The position numbers were made by a program, and so were the translations under genes. Below the pieces are notes generated by a model. The model did not search any database, was not told the origin of the DNA, and saw only the letters and a program-made list of their open reading frames with translations. Shown piece by piece: positions 19,494 through 31,386 of a stretch of DNA of 64,000 nt (the stretch's first letter is position 1; every line of letters starts with the position of its first letter). This stretch comes from an uncultured Gemmatimonadales bacterium (lineage in GTDB: Bacteria > Gemmatimonadota > Gemmatimonadetes > Gemmatimonadales > GWC2-71-9), in NCBI GenBank assembly GCA_963798915.1, contig CAWCVB010000005.1, positions 313,291 to 377,290 of the forward strand. The letters run 5' to 3'.

Positions 19494-20510
19494 ATGACCA
19501 AGAAGCAGGCATCCGACAGCGGCGATCAGGCGCCCAAGCGGCCCACCAAGCGGCCGCCCGACGACTCCATTCCCGCGATCACCGACGACATGTCGATGGC
19601 CGAAATCCTGGCGGCCAGCCCGCCCGCCAAGGGCAGGCGCAGTCGCAAGCGCGAGACCGCCAAGTCGCTCGGCGTTTACGACGCCGACGGCGACATCCTG
19701 GATCAATACCTCTACGAGGTCAGCCTCACGCCGCTCCTGACGTCGGCCCAGGAGATTGCCATCGCGCGCAAGGTGCGCGCCGGCGATGAAGCCGCCATGC
19801 AGGAGCTGGTCAAGCGCAACCTGCGTTTCGTGATTTCGGTGGCCAAGAAATACCAGAACCGGGGTCTGGCGCTCACGGACCTGATTGGCGAAGGCAATGT
19901 GGGTCTCCTGACCGCTGCGCGGAAATTCGACCCCGACATGGGCGTCAAGTTCATCTCGTATGCCGTGTGGTGGATTCGCCAGGCCATCCTCGCCGCGCTG
20001 GCGCGCCATGGCCGCACCGTGCGGGTGCCACTCAACCGCACCGCGGACCTGTCGCGCATTGGCCGGACCTCGGAGGCCCTCCGCCAGGAACTCCGCCGCG
20101 AGCCCACGCCTGAGGAAATCGCGGCATCGACGGGCCTCGCCCTCGACGTGGTGCAGGCGCTCGCGGCATTGAATACGGCCGAGGTTCGGCTGGATGCGCC
20201 GCTCGATCCCGAGGGCGACCGCTCGCTGATCGATCGCTTCGTTGCCGAAGGACAAGGGGATGTCGAGGAACGGGCCATGGACCAGTTCCTGTCGGAGGAG
20301 ATCGAAACGGCGCTGCGGACGCTGCCGCCGCGTGATGCCAAGGTGCTGCGGCTGTACTTCGGGCTGGACGGCGACCGGGAGCACACGCTCGAGGAGATCG
20401 GCAGCATGCTCGGTGTCACGCGCGAGCGGGTGCGCCAGCTGCGCGACCGAGCCCTCAAGCGGCTGCGCGAGGGCGATGCCGGCCGGGCGCTGGCGAGTTT
20501 TGCGGCGTAG
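19494..20510 (+). CDS. RNA polymerase sigma-70 factor, RpoD/SigA family (lacks region 1.1)
   Basis: NLRFVISVAKKYQNRG, DLIGEGNVGL, KFISYAVWWIRQAI, TLEEIG..GVTRERVRQ. Confidence 0.93.
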   Translation: MTKKQASDSGDQAPKRPTKRPPDDSIPAITDDMSMAEILAASPPAKGRRSRKRETAKSLGVYDADGDILDQYLYEVSLTPLLTSAQEIAIARKVRAGDEAAMQELVKRNLRFVISVAKKYQNRGLALTDLIGEGNVGLLTAARKFDPDMGVKFISYAVWWIRQAILAALARHGRTVRVPLNRTADLSRIGRTSEALRQELRREPTPEEIAASTGLALDVVQALAALNTAEVRLDAPLDPEGDRSLIDRFVAEGQGDVEERAMDQFLSEEIETALRTLPPRDAKVLRLYFGLDGDREHTLEEIGSMLGVTRERVRQLRDRALKRLREGDAGRALASFAA

Positions 20511-20550
20511 GGCGCTCGACGCCACGATATTTCCCCCCTAACTTCCTCCC

Positions 20551-21309
20551 GTGCCTCAACCCCCATTGCCGGCCCCGTTCTGGACGCGGGCCATTGTGCA
20601 GGTCGGTCATTCGGCCAAGGGCGCTGCCCGCGCCCTGGCCGACGTTCCAACCTGGCGTCCGCATCTGATTCCGCAGATGCGGCGTCTTGGCGTGGACTCG
20701 GTACCCATCGGGTTGTTCATCGCCATCTTCACGGGCATCGTGCTCGCCCTGCTCGCATCCTACATCTTCACCGGTGCGATCCCGCTGTACTTCGTCGGCG
20801 CCCTGGTCGGCAAGACCATCATGATGGAACTCGGGCCGGTCCTCACCGGGATGGCCCTGGCGGGCCGGGTGGGCGCGAGCATCGCCGCCGAAATCGGCAC
20901 CATGCGGGTGACCGAGCAGGTCGATGCCCTCGAAACCCTGGGGTACAACCCGGACGCATTCCTCACGGCGCCGCGCGTGCTCGCCGCCATGATCATGTTC
21001 CCGGTGGTCACTGCCTTTGCGATGGCGGTCGGCGTGCTCTCCGGATGGATCACGGCGATCAACCTGCTGGACCTGACCTCGCAGGAATTCGTGAAGGGGT
21101 TGCGGCAGTTCTACCAGTTCAAGGACATCTGGTTCGGGCTGCTCAAGTCGGCGACCTTCGGTGGGGCCGTTGCGCTCATGGGTTGTCTCCGCGGGCTGCG
21201 CTCCCGTGGAGGCGCCGAGGGCGTGGGGGAAAGCACCACGCGCGCTGTCGTTCTGGGATGCGAGGCCATCCTGGTGCTCGATGCCTTCTGGGCAGTGATA
21301 TTGCTGTGA
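20551..21309 (+). CDS. mlaE: MlaE-family ABC permease
   Basis: ELGPVLTG..LAGRVGASIAAEIGTMRVTEQVDAL. Confidence 0.92.
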   Translation: MPQPPLPAPFWTRAIVQVGHSAKGAARALADVPTWRPHLIPQMRRLGVDSVPIGLFIAIFTGIVLALLASYIFTGAIPLYFVGALVGKTIMMELGPVLTGMALAGRVGASIAAEIGTMRVTEQVDALETLGYNPDAFLTAPRVLAAMIMFPVVTAFAMAVGVLSGWITAINLLDLTSQEFVKGLRQFYQFKDIWFGLLKSATFGGAVALMGCLRGLRSRGGAEGVGESTTRAVVLGCEAILVLDAFWAVILL

Positions 21310-21316
21310 GCGCGCC

Positions 21317-22066
21317 GTGATCGAGATACGCGACCTGGCCAAGAGTTTCGGGGACAAGGACGTGCTGCGCGCGGTGTCGCTCGACGTGCCTGACGGGCAG
21401 AATACGGTGGTGATCGGCTATTCGGGTACCGGGAAGAGTGTCCTGCTGAAGTGCATCATCGGGCTCCTCCGACCCGATGCCGGACAGGTCACAGTCGATG
21501 GAGAGACGGTCGACGACCTGGAGCCCGAGGCGCTGGCGAGCTTGCGTGGACGGGTGGGATACGTGTTCCAGTTCGCCGCGCTGTTTGATTCGATGACGGT
21601 GGAGGGCAATATCCGGCTTGGGCTGGCCCGGCGCGATCTTGACGAGGCCACGATCCGCCAGCGGATCGCCGAGGCCCTCGACGTGGTGCACCTGACCGGG
21701 TCCGAAGACAAGTTTCCCGGCGAACTGTCGGGAGGCATGCGAAAGCGCGTCGGGCTGGCGCGAGCCATCGCGCTGCGGCCGAAGTACCTGCTCTATGACG
21801 AGCCCACCACGGGCCTGGATCCGGTCACGTCGGCCTCGATGAGCCAGCTGATCTGCCGCACCCGTGATCTCGGGGTGACGGGCGTGGTGGTCACCCATGA
21901 CATGCACAGTGCCTTTGTCGTGGCCGACCGCATCGCGATGCTGTACGACGGTGGGATCCGCCAGGTCGGCACGGTGGAGCAAATGCGCGCCTCGAAGGAT
22001 CCGGTGGTATCCCAGTTCATCGAGGGCCGGCCTGATGCGCCGACGCCCGGGAGGACGGACCAGTGA
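21317..22066 (+). CDS. mlaF: MlaF-family ABC ATP-binding protein
   Basis: GYSGTGKS, LSGGMRKRVGLARA, YDEPTTGLDP. Confidence 0.92.
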   Translation: MIEIRDLAKSFGDKDVLRAVSLDVPDGQNTVVIGYSGTGKSVLLKCIIGLLRPDAGQVTVDGETVDDLEPEALASLRGRVGYVFQFAALFDSMTVEGNIRLGLARRDLDEATIRQRIAEALDVVHLTGSEDKFPGELSGGMRKRVGLARAIALRPKYLLYDEPTTGLDPVTSASMSQLICRTRDLGVTGVVVTHDMHSAFVVADRIAMLYDGGIRQVGTVEQMRASKDPVVSQFIEGRPDAPTPGRTDQ

Positions 22067-23070
22067 AGAGGACCAACGAGTTTGCCGTCGGGGCCGCCGT
22101 CCTCGTTGCGCTCGCCGTGATCATCGCCGGCGCGCTCTGGCTGGGTCAGCTGCAGCTGGGTGGGCAGCCAGATCACTACTCGGCCCGATTCCGTACGGTC
22201 GACGGGCTCCAGGTCGGAAATCCGGTCACGCTACGCGGCGTGCGCGTCGGGAAGGTGTCCGCCATCCGGCTCGCCGGTGACGACTGGGTGGAAACCGAGC
22301 TGGAGCTGGAGTCCAAGGTGCAGCTGCCGCGGAAGCCGGCCGTGATCGCGTCCTCGGCCAGTCTGTTCGGTGGGTGGAGTGCCAATATCATCTCCTTTGA
22401 GCCGCTGCCGGACGATCCCAACGTGCGGGCGGCGCTGATCGAGAGCGATCGAGCCGGAGGTGACGCGTGGCCCGGTGCGACGCTGCCGGATATCGGACAG
22501 CTGACCGCCCAGGCAAGCCGGATCGCCGGGGATGTGGCCGAAGTGACCAGCCGCATCCAGGGGGCCTTCGATAGCACCGCGCTGAAGGAATTTCGCCAGA
22601 GTGTCCTGGATCTGGCCGCGATCTCCAGCCGCCTCGTGAGCTTCACCAAGGCCCAGAGCGCCCGCCTGGATCGGGTGGGGGCGAATGCCGAGGTCACGGC
22701 CAACAGTTTCGCCAACGTGTCTCGCAATCTGGATCGTACCGTGGAGCGCATCGACAGCGCCACCGCGCATGGCCAGCTCCAGTCCATCCTCGACAATGGG
22801 GCGGCTGCCAGCACGGACTTGCGGACGGCATCCGCCGACTTTCGCCAGGTCATGACCGCGCTGCAGCAGAACCAGGCGAGCCTGATCAACGTCATCCAGG
22901 CCATGGACACGCTGCTCGCCCGGATTCAGTCCGGCAATGGTACCCTCGGCATGCTGGCCACCGATTCGACGCTCTACAGTGAGACCGCTGCCACCATGAA
23001 GCAGTTCCGTGAACTCATGACCGACTTCCAGGCGCACCCGCGGAAGTACATCAAGATTTCGGTGTTCTGA
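22063..23070 (+). CDS. mlaD: MlaD/MCE family protein
   Basis: N-terminal TM, GLQVGNPVTLRGVRVGKV, helical C-terminus. Confidence 0.88.
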   Translation: MKRTNEFAVGAAVLVALAVIIAGALWLGQLQLGGQPDHYSARFRTVDGLQVGNPVTLRGVRVGKVSAIRLAGDDWVETELELESKVQLPRKPAVIASSASLFGGWSANIISFEPLPDDPNVRAALIESDRAGGDAWPGATLPDIGQLTAQASRIAGDVAEVTSRIQGAFDSTALKEFRQSVLDLAAISSRLVSFTKAQSARLDRVGANAEVTANSFANVSRNLDRTVERIDSATAHGQLQSILDNGAAASTDLRTASADFRQVMTALQQNQASLINVIQAMDTLLARIQSGNGTLGMLATDSTLYSETAATMKQFRELMTDFQAHPRKYIKISVF

Positions 23071-23559
23071 ATGCCCAAGAAACGAGCGGAACTCGAGGTG
23101 AGTGCCGGTGGCATCGTTTTCCGCCGCGATCCCGATGGGCAGGCAAGATTTCTGCTGATTCGCGACTCCTATGGCAACTGGGGATTTCCCAAGGGGCACC
23201 TGGAAGAAGGCGAATCGCCGGCTGATGCGGCCGTGCGGGAGACGGCGGAAGAAACCGGCTTGGACCAGCTGGTGCTGCGGGGGCCCATCCGGGTCATCGA
23301 CTGGCATTTCCGCTTTCGCGGACGTCCCATTCACAAGTACTGCCACTTCTTCCTGCTGGAATCTCCGGCCGGCGAGTGCATTCCCCAGCGTGACGAGGGC
23401 ATCACGGATTTCCGCTGGCTTCCCCTCGCCGGAGCGCTGGACAAGCTCTCCTACGACAACGCCCGCGGCGTCCTGAAGCGCGCGGGTGACATGGAGCGAA
23501 CGCTCGTGGCCGTCGGCGCGGGCCGTCCGACCTCCCATCCCGCGCCGACCAGCAGCTGA
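23071..23559 (+). CDS. NUDIX hydrolase (Ap4A hydrolase-like)
   Basis: SAGGIV, WGFPKGHLEEGE...AAVRETAEETG Nudix box. Confidence 0.9.
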   Translation: MPKKRAELEVSAGGIVFRRDPDGQARFLLIRDSYGNWGFPKGHLEEGESPADAAVRETAEETGLDQLVLRGPIRVIDWHFRFRGRPIHKYCHFFLLESPAGECIPQRDEGITDFRWLPLAGALDKLSYDNARGVLKRAGDMERTLVAVGAGRPTSHPAPTSS

Positions 23560-23561
23560 CC

Positions 23562-24338
23562 ATGTCACTCGTCGCCGCACTGGTCGACGATCGTGCGGCG
23601 CTGCTCGCACTCCGACGCGCGCTGCCAAGGGGCGGGCCGCGGCTGGTCGCCTGCCGTTCGTCCGCCTCACTGCACCGGCACCTCGAGCAGCACCTCACCG
23701 ACGCCATCATCTTGAGTCCTGCCCGGTTGGGTGATCATGATGGTCACGCGCTTCATGCCTCCTTTCCCGGCATTCCCACGGTGGTCTACTCCGCCTTTCG
23801 CCCCGACGATGCGCCGCTCATGCTGGAGACTTTTGCCCGGGGTGTCGCCGCGGTGATGGTGGCCGACGTGGACGACGCGGTGGTGGGGGAGCTCCTCGGC
23901 CGGATCACGCTGACGGCCCGTCGGCGCGCCGACATGGCCGATGCAGTGCGGGTACTGCAGCTGGACGAGGCTATCCAGCGGCGGGCCTGGGAGCGTCTCG
24001 TCAGTGATGTCGCGACTCCGCTGCGCACGGCGGAGCTGGCCCGGCACCTCGGCGTGAGCCGGGAACACCTCTCCCGGCAGTTCGGGGCGGGTGGGGCTCC
24101 CAACCTGAAGCGGGTGATCGACCTGACCCGGGTCGCGGCGGCAAGCCAGCTCCTGCAAAATCCCGGCTATGCGCCGGCCGCGGCCGCGCGACTGCTCGGC
24201 TTCTCCTCACCAGCCCACCTGAACGCCACGGCCACCCGTATCGCGGGCGTGGGTGCCAAGGGGCTGGCGCGCCTCGGGCCGAGGGGTGTGCTGGCCCATT
24301 TTGTCCGGGGCAACACCCGATCCCGAACCGGCGACTAG
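23562..24338 (+). CDS. AraC-like HTH transcriptional regulator with a degenerate receiver-like N-terminus
   Basis: ELARHLGVSREHLSRQF and AARLLGFSSPAHL double HTH. Confidence 0.75.
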   Translation: MSLVAALVDDRAALLALRRALPRGGPRLVACRSSASLHRHLEQHLTDAIILSPARLGDHDGHALHASFPGIPTVVYSAFRPDDAPLMLETFARGVAAVMVADVDDAVVGELLGRITLTARRRADMADAVRVLQLDEAIQRRAWERLVSDVATPLRTAELARHLGVSREHLSRQFGAGGAPNLKRVIDLTRVAAASQLLQNPGYAPAAAARLLGFSSPAHLNATATRIAGVGAKGLARLGPRGVLAHFVRGNTRSRTGD

Positions 24339-24379
24339 CAGGGTCCCAGGTGTGCCCTCCCACTTCCCCGATTCGGCCA

Positions 24380-24397
24380 TTGTGATTAATTTCACAA
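24380..24397. promoter_or_regulatory. Palindromic operator TTGTGA-N6-TCACAA (Rex- or CRP-type) upstream of atpA
   Basis: TTGTGATTAATTTCACAA in a GC-rich background, 40 nt before the ATG. Confidence 0.65.
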
Positions 24398-24437
24398 GCT
24401 AGTTCCGGACCGTCACCGACGAACCCACAGGACGCCA

Positions 24438-26015
24438 ATGGCCACCGAAACGATCCTTCGCCCGGGCGAGCTCAAGGACATTCTCATCCGTGAAATCGAG
24501 AGCGCGGACCTCGCGACCGTCGATGTCGCGGAAGTCGGCACTGTGCTCGAGGTGCGCGACGGCATCGCGCGGGTTTACGGCCTCAGGTCGGCCACCTCTG
24601 GCGAGATGCTCGAGTTCACCGCCCAGGAAACGGGCGAGGTCGTCACCGGACTGGTCCTGAACTTGGAAGAGGACAACGTCGGGTGCGCCATCCTGGGCGA
24701 TTACCTGAAGCTCAAGGAAGGCGACGAAGTGCGCCGCACCGGGCGGCTGCTGGAAGTGCCGGCGGGTCGTGCCATGCTGGGCCGGGTGGTCGATGCGCTG
24801 GGTCGGCCGGTGGATGGCCGCGGCGAGATCGTCACCGACAAGCGGCGGCCGGTGGAGATGATTGCGCCGGGCATCATCGTGCGCCAGCCGGTCAAGGAGC
24901 CGCTGCAGACCGGCATCAAGGCGATCGACGCCATGATCCCGATCGGCCGCGGCCAGCGCGAACTGATCATCGGCGACCGGGGCACCGGCAAGACGGCCAT
25001 CGCGGTGGACACGATCCTGAACCAGAAGGGCACTGGCGTCATCTGTGTCTATGTCGCGATCGGGCAGAAACGCTCCACCGTGGCCACGGTGGTGGAGCGG
25101 CTCAGGGAAGCGGGTGCGATGGACTATACCATCGTGGTCGTCGCCTCCGCCTCGGAGCCCGCACCACTGCAGTACATCGCGCCCTATTCCGGCTGCGCTA
25201 TCGCCGAATATTTCATGTACGAGGAAGGCGCCGCCACGCTGTGCGTCTATGACGACCTGTCCAAGCAGGCCGCTGCCTATCGCCAGCTCTCGCTCATTCT
25301 CCGGCGGCCGCCGGGCCGCGAGGCATACCCGGGTGACGTTTTCTATCTCCACAGCCGCCTGCTGGAGCGGGCCGCCAAGATTTCCGAAGATGCCCGCACC
25401 ATCGAGCAGGATCCCCGCATCAAGAAGCCGGGCGGCTCGCTGACCGCGTTGCCGATCATCGAGACCCAGGCCGGCGATGTCTCGGCCTACATCCCGACCA
25501 ACGTCATTTCGATTACCGATGGCCAGATCTTCCTCACCACCGACCTGTTCTACTCGAACGTGCGGCCGGCAGTGGACGCGGGCATTTCAGTCAGCCGGGT
25601 CGGTGGCAATGCGCAGATCAAGGCCATGAAGAAGGTGGCGGGACCGCTCCGGCTGTCACTCGCCCAGTTTCGCGAGCTCGAAGCCTTTGCCCAGTTCGGT
25701 TCCGACCTCGACCCGGCCACCCAGCGACAGCTGGCCCGGGGCGCCCGCCTTGTCGAGGTCCTCAAGCAGCCGCAATACCAGCCGGTGCCGGTGGAGCAGC
25801 AGGTCGCGATCATCTTCGCGGTGACCAATGGTTTCCTGGACGACGTCGAGGTCAGGCACATTCGCCAGTGGGAACGGGACTTCCTCAAGTACCTGGAAGC
25901 CCAGCGCCCCGAGGTGCTCGAAGGGATTCGCACTCGGAAGGAGCTGACCGATGAGCTGACTGCCGGGTTGCGGTCGGCCATCGAGGCGTTCCAACACGTC
26001 TTCGCCGCCGTGTAA
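24438..26015 (+). CDS. atpA: F1 ATP synthase subunit alpha
   Basis: [40 protein letters not shown]. Confidence 0.98.
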   Translation: MATETILRPGELKDILIREIESADLATVDVAEVGTVLEVRDGIARVYGLRSATSGEMLEFTAQETGEVVTGLVLNLEEDNVGCAILGDYLKLKEGDEVRRTGRLLEVPAGRAMLGRVVDALGRPVDGRGEIVTDKRRPVEMIAPGIIVRQPVKEPLQTGIKAIDAMIPIGRGQRELIIGDRGTGKTAIAVDTILNQKGTGVICVYVAIGQKRSTVATVVERLREAGAMDYTIVVVASASEPAPLQYIAPYSGCAIAEYFMYEEGAATLCVYDDLSKQAAAYRQLSLILRRPPGREAYPGDVFYLHSRLLERAAKISEDARTIEQDPRIKKPGGSLTALPIIETQAGDVSAYIPTNVISITDGQIFLTTDLFYSNVRPAVDAGISVSRVGGNAQIKAMKKVAGPLRLSLAQFRELEAFAQFGSDLDPATQRQLARGARLVEVLKQPQYQPVPVEQQVAIIFAVTNGFLDDVEVRHIRQWERDFLKYLEAQRPEVLEGIRTRKELTDELTAGLRSAIEAFQHVFAAV

Positions 26016-26893
26016 TGGCCAAGACCAAGGCACTCCGGGGCCGCATTCGCTCGGTCCAGAACACGCGCAAGATCACGCGGACGATGGAGCTGGTGTCCAC
26101 GTCCAAGCTGAAGCGCGCCCAGGACCGGGTCATCGCCGCCCGCCCGTATGCCGAAGCCCTGCGAGAGGTGATTGCAGCGCTCGTCACGCCCGAGCTGGCC
26201 AGCGAATTTCCGCTGCTGCGCGAGCCCGCCCCGCCTGGCGCTGGCGGTCCGGATCGCGCAGCACTCATCCTGGTCACGTCGAACCGCGGGCTCGCCGGCG
26301 GCTTCAACTCGAACCTGATCAAGGAAGCCCGGCGACGGATGGCCGAGCTGGAGCATCAGGGACTGACGGTTGACCTTTATGGCATCGGCCGGAAGGGCAT
26401 CGGCTACTTCCGCTACCTCGGCCGCAGCCTGGCCCTCGAGCGCATCGATATTGGCGACCGGCCGACGTCGGCGCAGGCCACCGAAATCATGGAGCCACTG
26501 ACCGAGCGATATGCGCGCGGCGAGGTGGCCAGCGTCGATCTGGTCTATGCCCGGTTCGAGAGCGCCATTGCCACCCCGCCGACGGTCATGCGGATCCTGC
26601 CGGTGCAAACGCCGGAGCGGCGGGGACCGCGCCCCGACTATCTGCTCGAACCGGACGCCGCCACACTGCTGGAGCGGCTGCTGCCACTCTATGTGCGGAA
26701 CGCACTCTATCGTGGCCTGGTGGAGACGGCTGCTGGCGAGCATGGCGCCCGGCGCACGGCCATGAAGAATGCGACCGACAACGCCGGTGAGATTCTCGAC
26801 GGCCTCAAGCGGACCTACAACCGGCTGCGCCAGGCGGCGATCACGCAGGAAATCGCCGAGATCGTCGGCGGCGCGGCGGCATTGCAAGGGTAG
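26015..26893 (+). CDS. atpG: F1 ATP synthase subunit gamma
   Basis: KITRTMELV, RGLAGGFN, RQAAITQEIAEIVGG. Confidence 0.97.
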   Translation: MAKTKALRGRIRSVQNTRKITRTMELVSTSKLKRAQDRVIAARPYAEALREVIAALVTPELASEFPLLREPAPPGAGGPDRAALILVTSNRGLAGGFNSNLIKEARRRMAELEHQGLTVDLYGIGRKGIGYFRYLGRSLALERIDIGDRPTSAQATEIMEPLTERYARGEVASVDLVYARFESAIATPPTVMRILPVQTPERRGPRPDYLLEPDAATLLERLLPLYVRNALYRGLVETAAGEHGARRTAMKNATDNAGEILDGLKRTYNRLRQAAITQEIAEIVGGAAALQG

Positions 26894-26899
26894 ACGAGA

Positions 26900-26948
26900 G
26901 TCAACGGTCTACGGTCAACAGTCGACCGTCGACCGTCGACCGATGACC
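26900..26948. repeat. 7-mer tandem/inverted array (GTCAACG/GTCTACG then GTCGACC)
   Basis: gtcaacg gtctacg gtcaaca gtcgacc gtcgacc gtcgacc gatgacc between atpG and atpD. Confidence 0.7.
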
Positions 26949-26953
26949 TTTAG

Positions 26954-28383
<1,430 letters not shown>

Positions 28384-28384
<1 letters not shown>

Positions 28385-28644
28385 TGCATGTCACGGTCAT
28401 CTCGCCTGAGGCGAGGATGTTTGATGGGCAGGCCGATGCAGTGGTCGCGCCTGCGTTCGACGGGGAGGTCGGCATTCTGCCGCACCACGCCCCGCTCATG
28501 ACGCTTCTCGGCGAAGGAACCCTCGCCATCCGGCAGGGCGGCGCGACGCACGCATTTCGGGTGCGGGGCGGCTTCCTGCAGGTCGTGGATGAGCAGGTAC
28601 GCGTCGTCGCGGAGCACGTTCAAGGAGAGACTCCAAATGCGTAA
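28384..28644 (+). CDS. atpC: F1 ATP synthase subunit epsilon (short, beta-sandwich only)
   Basis: VISPE..GEVGILPHHAPL..GGFLQV. Confidence 0.92.
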
Positions 28645-29263
28645 GCTGATTGTCGGCATGACCGCTGCGGCCGCTGCGCTGATCCTGGCGGGCCACGCCG
28701 CGGCGCAGGAGACCGGTACTCCGGTGTTCAAGTCGCCGTATCGGACCTATACCTCAAGTGAAGTGGGCGCCACGATCTCCGATCCGGGTGGCAGTGGCTG
28801 GGGCCTGGAAGGCTTCTACGGCTACGGGCATGAAAACTGGGATATCGGACTGCGGGGTGGTTTTCTCGACACGCCCGGGAGCACCAAGGTCCTGGCGGGC
28901 GTCAGTGCGCGCACCCGCGTGTTGCAGTCGTCCGAGAGCATCCCACTCGATGGGGCGCTGACGCTCGGGGCCGGCCTGAGGTTCAATGACGGTACCTATG
29001 CCTTCATCCCGATCGGCATCTCACTGGGCCGGCGCGTCCTGCTTGAGAATTCGGATGTGACGTTCGTGCCCTACGTGCATCCCATCATGGTGCCGGTTTT
29101 CGGGAGCAATGTTGGCGGACTGGGCGACGACTCGGACATCAAGTTCGCGCTGGGGCTTGGCGTGGACATCAAGTTCACCCGGTCGATTGACGTTCGCGTA
29201 GCCGGTGCGCTGGGCGACTCGCCATGGGACGGGGTATCGATCGGGCTCGCATTTGTGCACTGA
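28637..29263 (+). CDS. Secreted putative outer-membrane beta-barrel protein
   Basis: Signal peptide AAA-QE; Gly/aromatic-rich alternating strands. Confidence 0.65.
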   Translation: MRKLIVGMTAAAAALILAGHAAAQETGTPVFKSPYRTYTSSEVGATISDPGGSGWGLEGFYGYGHENWDIGLRGGFLDTPGSTKVLAGVSARTRVLQSSESIPLDGALTLGAGLRFNDGTYAFIPIGISLGRRVLLENSDVTFVPYVHPIMVPVFGSNVGGLGDDSDIKFALGLGVDIKFTRSIDVRVAGALGDSPWDGVSIGLAFVH

Positions 29264-29284
29264 TCTGTCCCAGTGACGCTTAGC

Positions 29285-29317
29285 CTGCGCGCCCGGCGAT
29301 TGTCGCCGGGCGCGCAG
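29285..29317 (+). terminator. Strong hairpin, probable terminator of the atp transcript
   Basis: Perfect 15-bp stem ctgcgcgcccggcga/tcgccgggcgcgcag; short U tail. Confidence 0.55.
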
Positions 29318-29399
29318 CTTCATCGGCGCTCTTGCATCGCCTCCCGCTGCCGCTAGCTTCCGCGGGTTCATCATCTGGGCATACTTGACGAGGAGCATC

Positions 29400-30077
29400 A
29401 TGCGAAACTCCGTAGGCCGCGCCATCCTGCTCTCGACGCTCGTCACGGCCGCTGTTGGCCAGGTGCACGCGCAGGCCGCCGGCCTCCCCGTAATGAACAG
29501 TGGGATTGTCAGCGGCATCGGGCTCGCCCTGGATGCTGGCATTCCCAATGACGCTGCCGGAGGCGGCTGGGCGGCGGGCGCCACGCTGAAGGCGGGATTC
29601 GGCGTACTCGGCGTGACGGGCACCATCTCGCGCCTGGATCCTGATGCGGCTGACGCCGTGTGGTCGGGCGGGGCCACCGCCAACATGAAGGTCTTCGGCG
29701 GGCCGCTGGTGCCGATTGCCGTGACCCTGCAGGCAGGGGCCGGTTACGTGGCGCCGGAATTTCGCTGCCTCACCCCTGGCGCCTGCGATCTCAAGGAGTG
29801 GCACGTTCCCGTCGGGCTGGGGGTCTCATTCACGATTCCCAATCCTGCCCTCGCCATCAAGCCCTGGATTGCTCCCCGTGTGGACATCGTGCGCACTTCG
29901 CAGACGGGAGTCGACTCCGATACTGACGTGGGGGTGGGGGTGAGCGGCGGCGTCGAATTGAACCTGCTGAACGGCATGGGCCTGCATGCGGCTTATGACT
30001 GGTCCAAGCACAACGACGTCAAGCCCGGCATCTTTTCGGCCGGGATCCATTATGCGTTTCGGGTGCCCGGCCTTTGA
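29400..30077 (+). CDS. Secreted putative outer-membrane beta-barrel protein
   Basis: GAGGAG RBS, signal peptide VHA-Q, alternating strands, one Cys pair. Confidence 0.65.
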   Translation: MRNSVGRAILLSTLVTAAVGQVHAQAAGLPVMNSGIVSGIGLALDAGIPNDAAGGGWAAGATLKAGFGVLGVTGTISRLDPDAADAVWSGGATANMKVFGGPLVPIAVTLQAGAGYVAPEFRCLTPGACDLKEWHVPVGLGVSFTIPNPALAIKPWIAPRVDIVRTSQTGVDSDTDVGVGVSGGVELNLLNGMGLHAAYDWSKHNDVKPGIFSAGIHYAFRVPGL

Positions 30078-30451
30078 CCATTCGTTACGCCGTTATGAGG
30101 GCCGCAGTGCTCGCGTGTGTCGTGCTGGTGGCTGGCTGTGCACAGACCTTTGACGCGACGACACTCGGAGTGCCCGCGAGCATGGCCTCCGCGGCGTCTC
30201 CGACGGTGCCGGACAGCGCGGCCGCTTTCTCGGTATCATCGCATGCGATGTTTGGATTCTGGGGCATGGTGTCGCTGAAGAACCCGTCGGTCGAGAAGGC
30301 GTTGGCCGGCCAGCTGGTCGGTGGAAAGCGCATCGAGAACGTGCGGATCAAGGTTCGCAGCAGCGTGAGCGACGTGATCTTCACGGTGCTCACGGCCGGC
30401 ATCATTGTCCCGCGGTCGGTGACGGTCGAGGGGACCGTGACCGGGCCCTGA
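30074..30451 (+). CDS. Small lipoprotein (Bor/TRL-like)
   Basis: Lipobox VAGC; FWG and TAGIIVPRSVTVEG. Confidence 0.55.
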   Translation: MTIRYAVMRAAVLACVVLVAGCAQTFDATTLGVPASMASAASPTVPDSAAAFSVSSHAMFGFWGMVSLKNPSVEKALAGQLVGGKRIENVRIKVRSSVSDVIFTVLTAGIIVPRSVTVEGTVTGP

Positions 30452-30454
30452 GGG

Positions 30455-31186
30455 GTGGCCAGTTCCTATTGGCGCCTCTCCCGGGCGCCACGCTACAGCC
30501 TCCTGTTCGCGCTGCCGCTTCTGGTGTTCTATGAGGCGGCAGCGTTTCTGTTGTCCGGCGACGCCGTCTCCGGCGTCCGGAACGGGGCAGACGTCCTGCT
30601 CAAGAGTCTCTTCCTCACCCTTGGCGGCCGGCGCGGGCTGGTAGCATTCGATGTGCTCCTGGTGGTGGTGGCGGGCATCTTCATCGTCCGGGACTTCCGG
30701 CGGAATCCCGGTCCGCTTCGGGGCGGAGTCTTTGGGGTCATGCTGGGCGAATCGGTCGTCGGCGGACTCATCTTCGGTGTGGTGGCGGGCCTGCTCACGG
30801 CAGTGCTGCTTCGTGGCGTGCCCCGGCTGATGCTCGCCCCGGTAGCGGCGCTCAGCGTGCCAACCCAGCTCACCGTCGCGCTCGGGGCGGGGATCTACGA
30901 GGAATTGCTGTTCAGGGTCCTTCTGGTCGGAGGGCTGGCGCTGTTCGCGCGCCGAGTGCTGGGTTGGCGACCACTGCCGGGGGGGATCATGGCTGCCAGC
31001 GTCGGCGCTGCCCTCTTTTCGGCGTTCCACTACGTTGGCCCCTACGGAGATCCCTTCTCCCTGGCCACCTTTGTGTTTCGGCTCGTCGCCGGTCTCCTGT
31101 TCAGCATCATGTACCTGGTGCGCGGCTTCGGCATCACGGCCTGGACACACGCCTTGTATGACGTGTTCCTGATCCTCGCCACCTGA
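30455..31186 (+). CDS. CPBP-family intramembrane glutamic endopeptidase
   Basis: EELLFR, FSAFHY, HALYD motifs; multiple TMs. Confidence 0.88.
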   Translation: MASSYWRLSRAPRYSLLFALPLLVFYEAAAFLLSGDAVSGVRNGADVLLKSLFLTLGGRRGLVAFDVLLVVVAGIFIVRDFRRNPGPLRGGVFGVMLGESVVGGLIFGVVAGLLTAVLLRGVPRLMLAPVAALSVPTQLTVALGAGIYEELLFRVLLVGGLALFARRVLGWRPLPGGIMAASVGAALFSAFHYVGPYGDPFSLATFVFRLVAGLLFSIMYLVRGFGITAWTHALYDVFLILAT

Positions 31187-31386
31187 GCACAGCGGCTCAA
31201 CTGGCACCCGCAGCTGGCCTTCCAGCGGAGGTCTGGCCTCAGGAGTGTTTCATATCGCGAACCATTGTGCATCGCACACGCTGGCTCCGCCCTTCGGGGC
31301 ATCCGTCACCGCCGGGCGACGCACGGTCGATTATCCTGCGGTGAAGGCAGGTTTGGCACTGTTCGGACCCAACGTGGAGGCGAACC

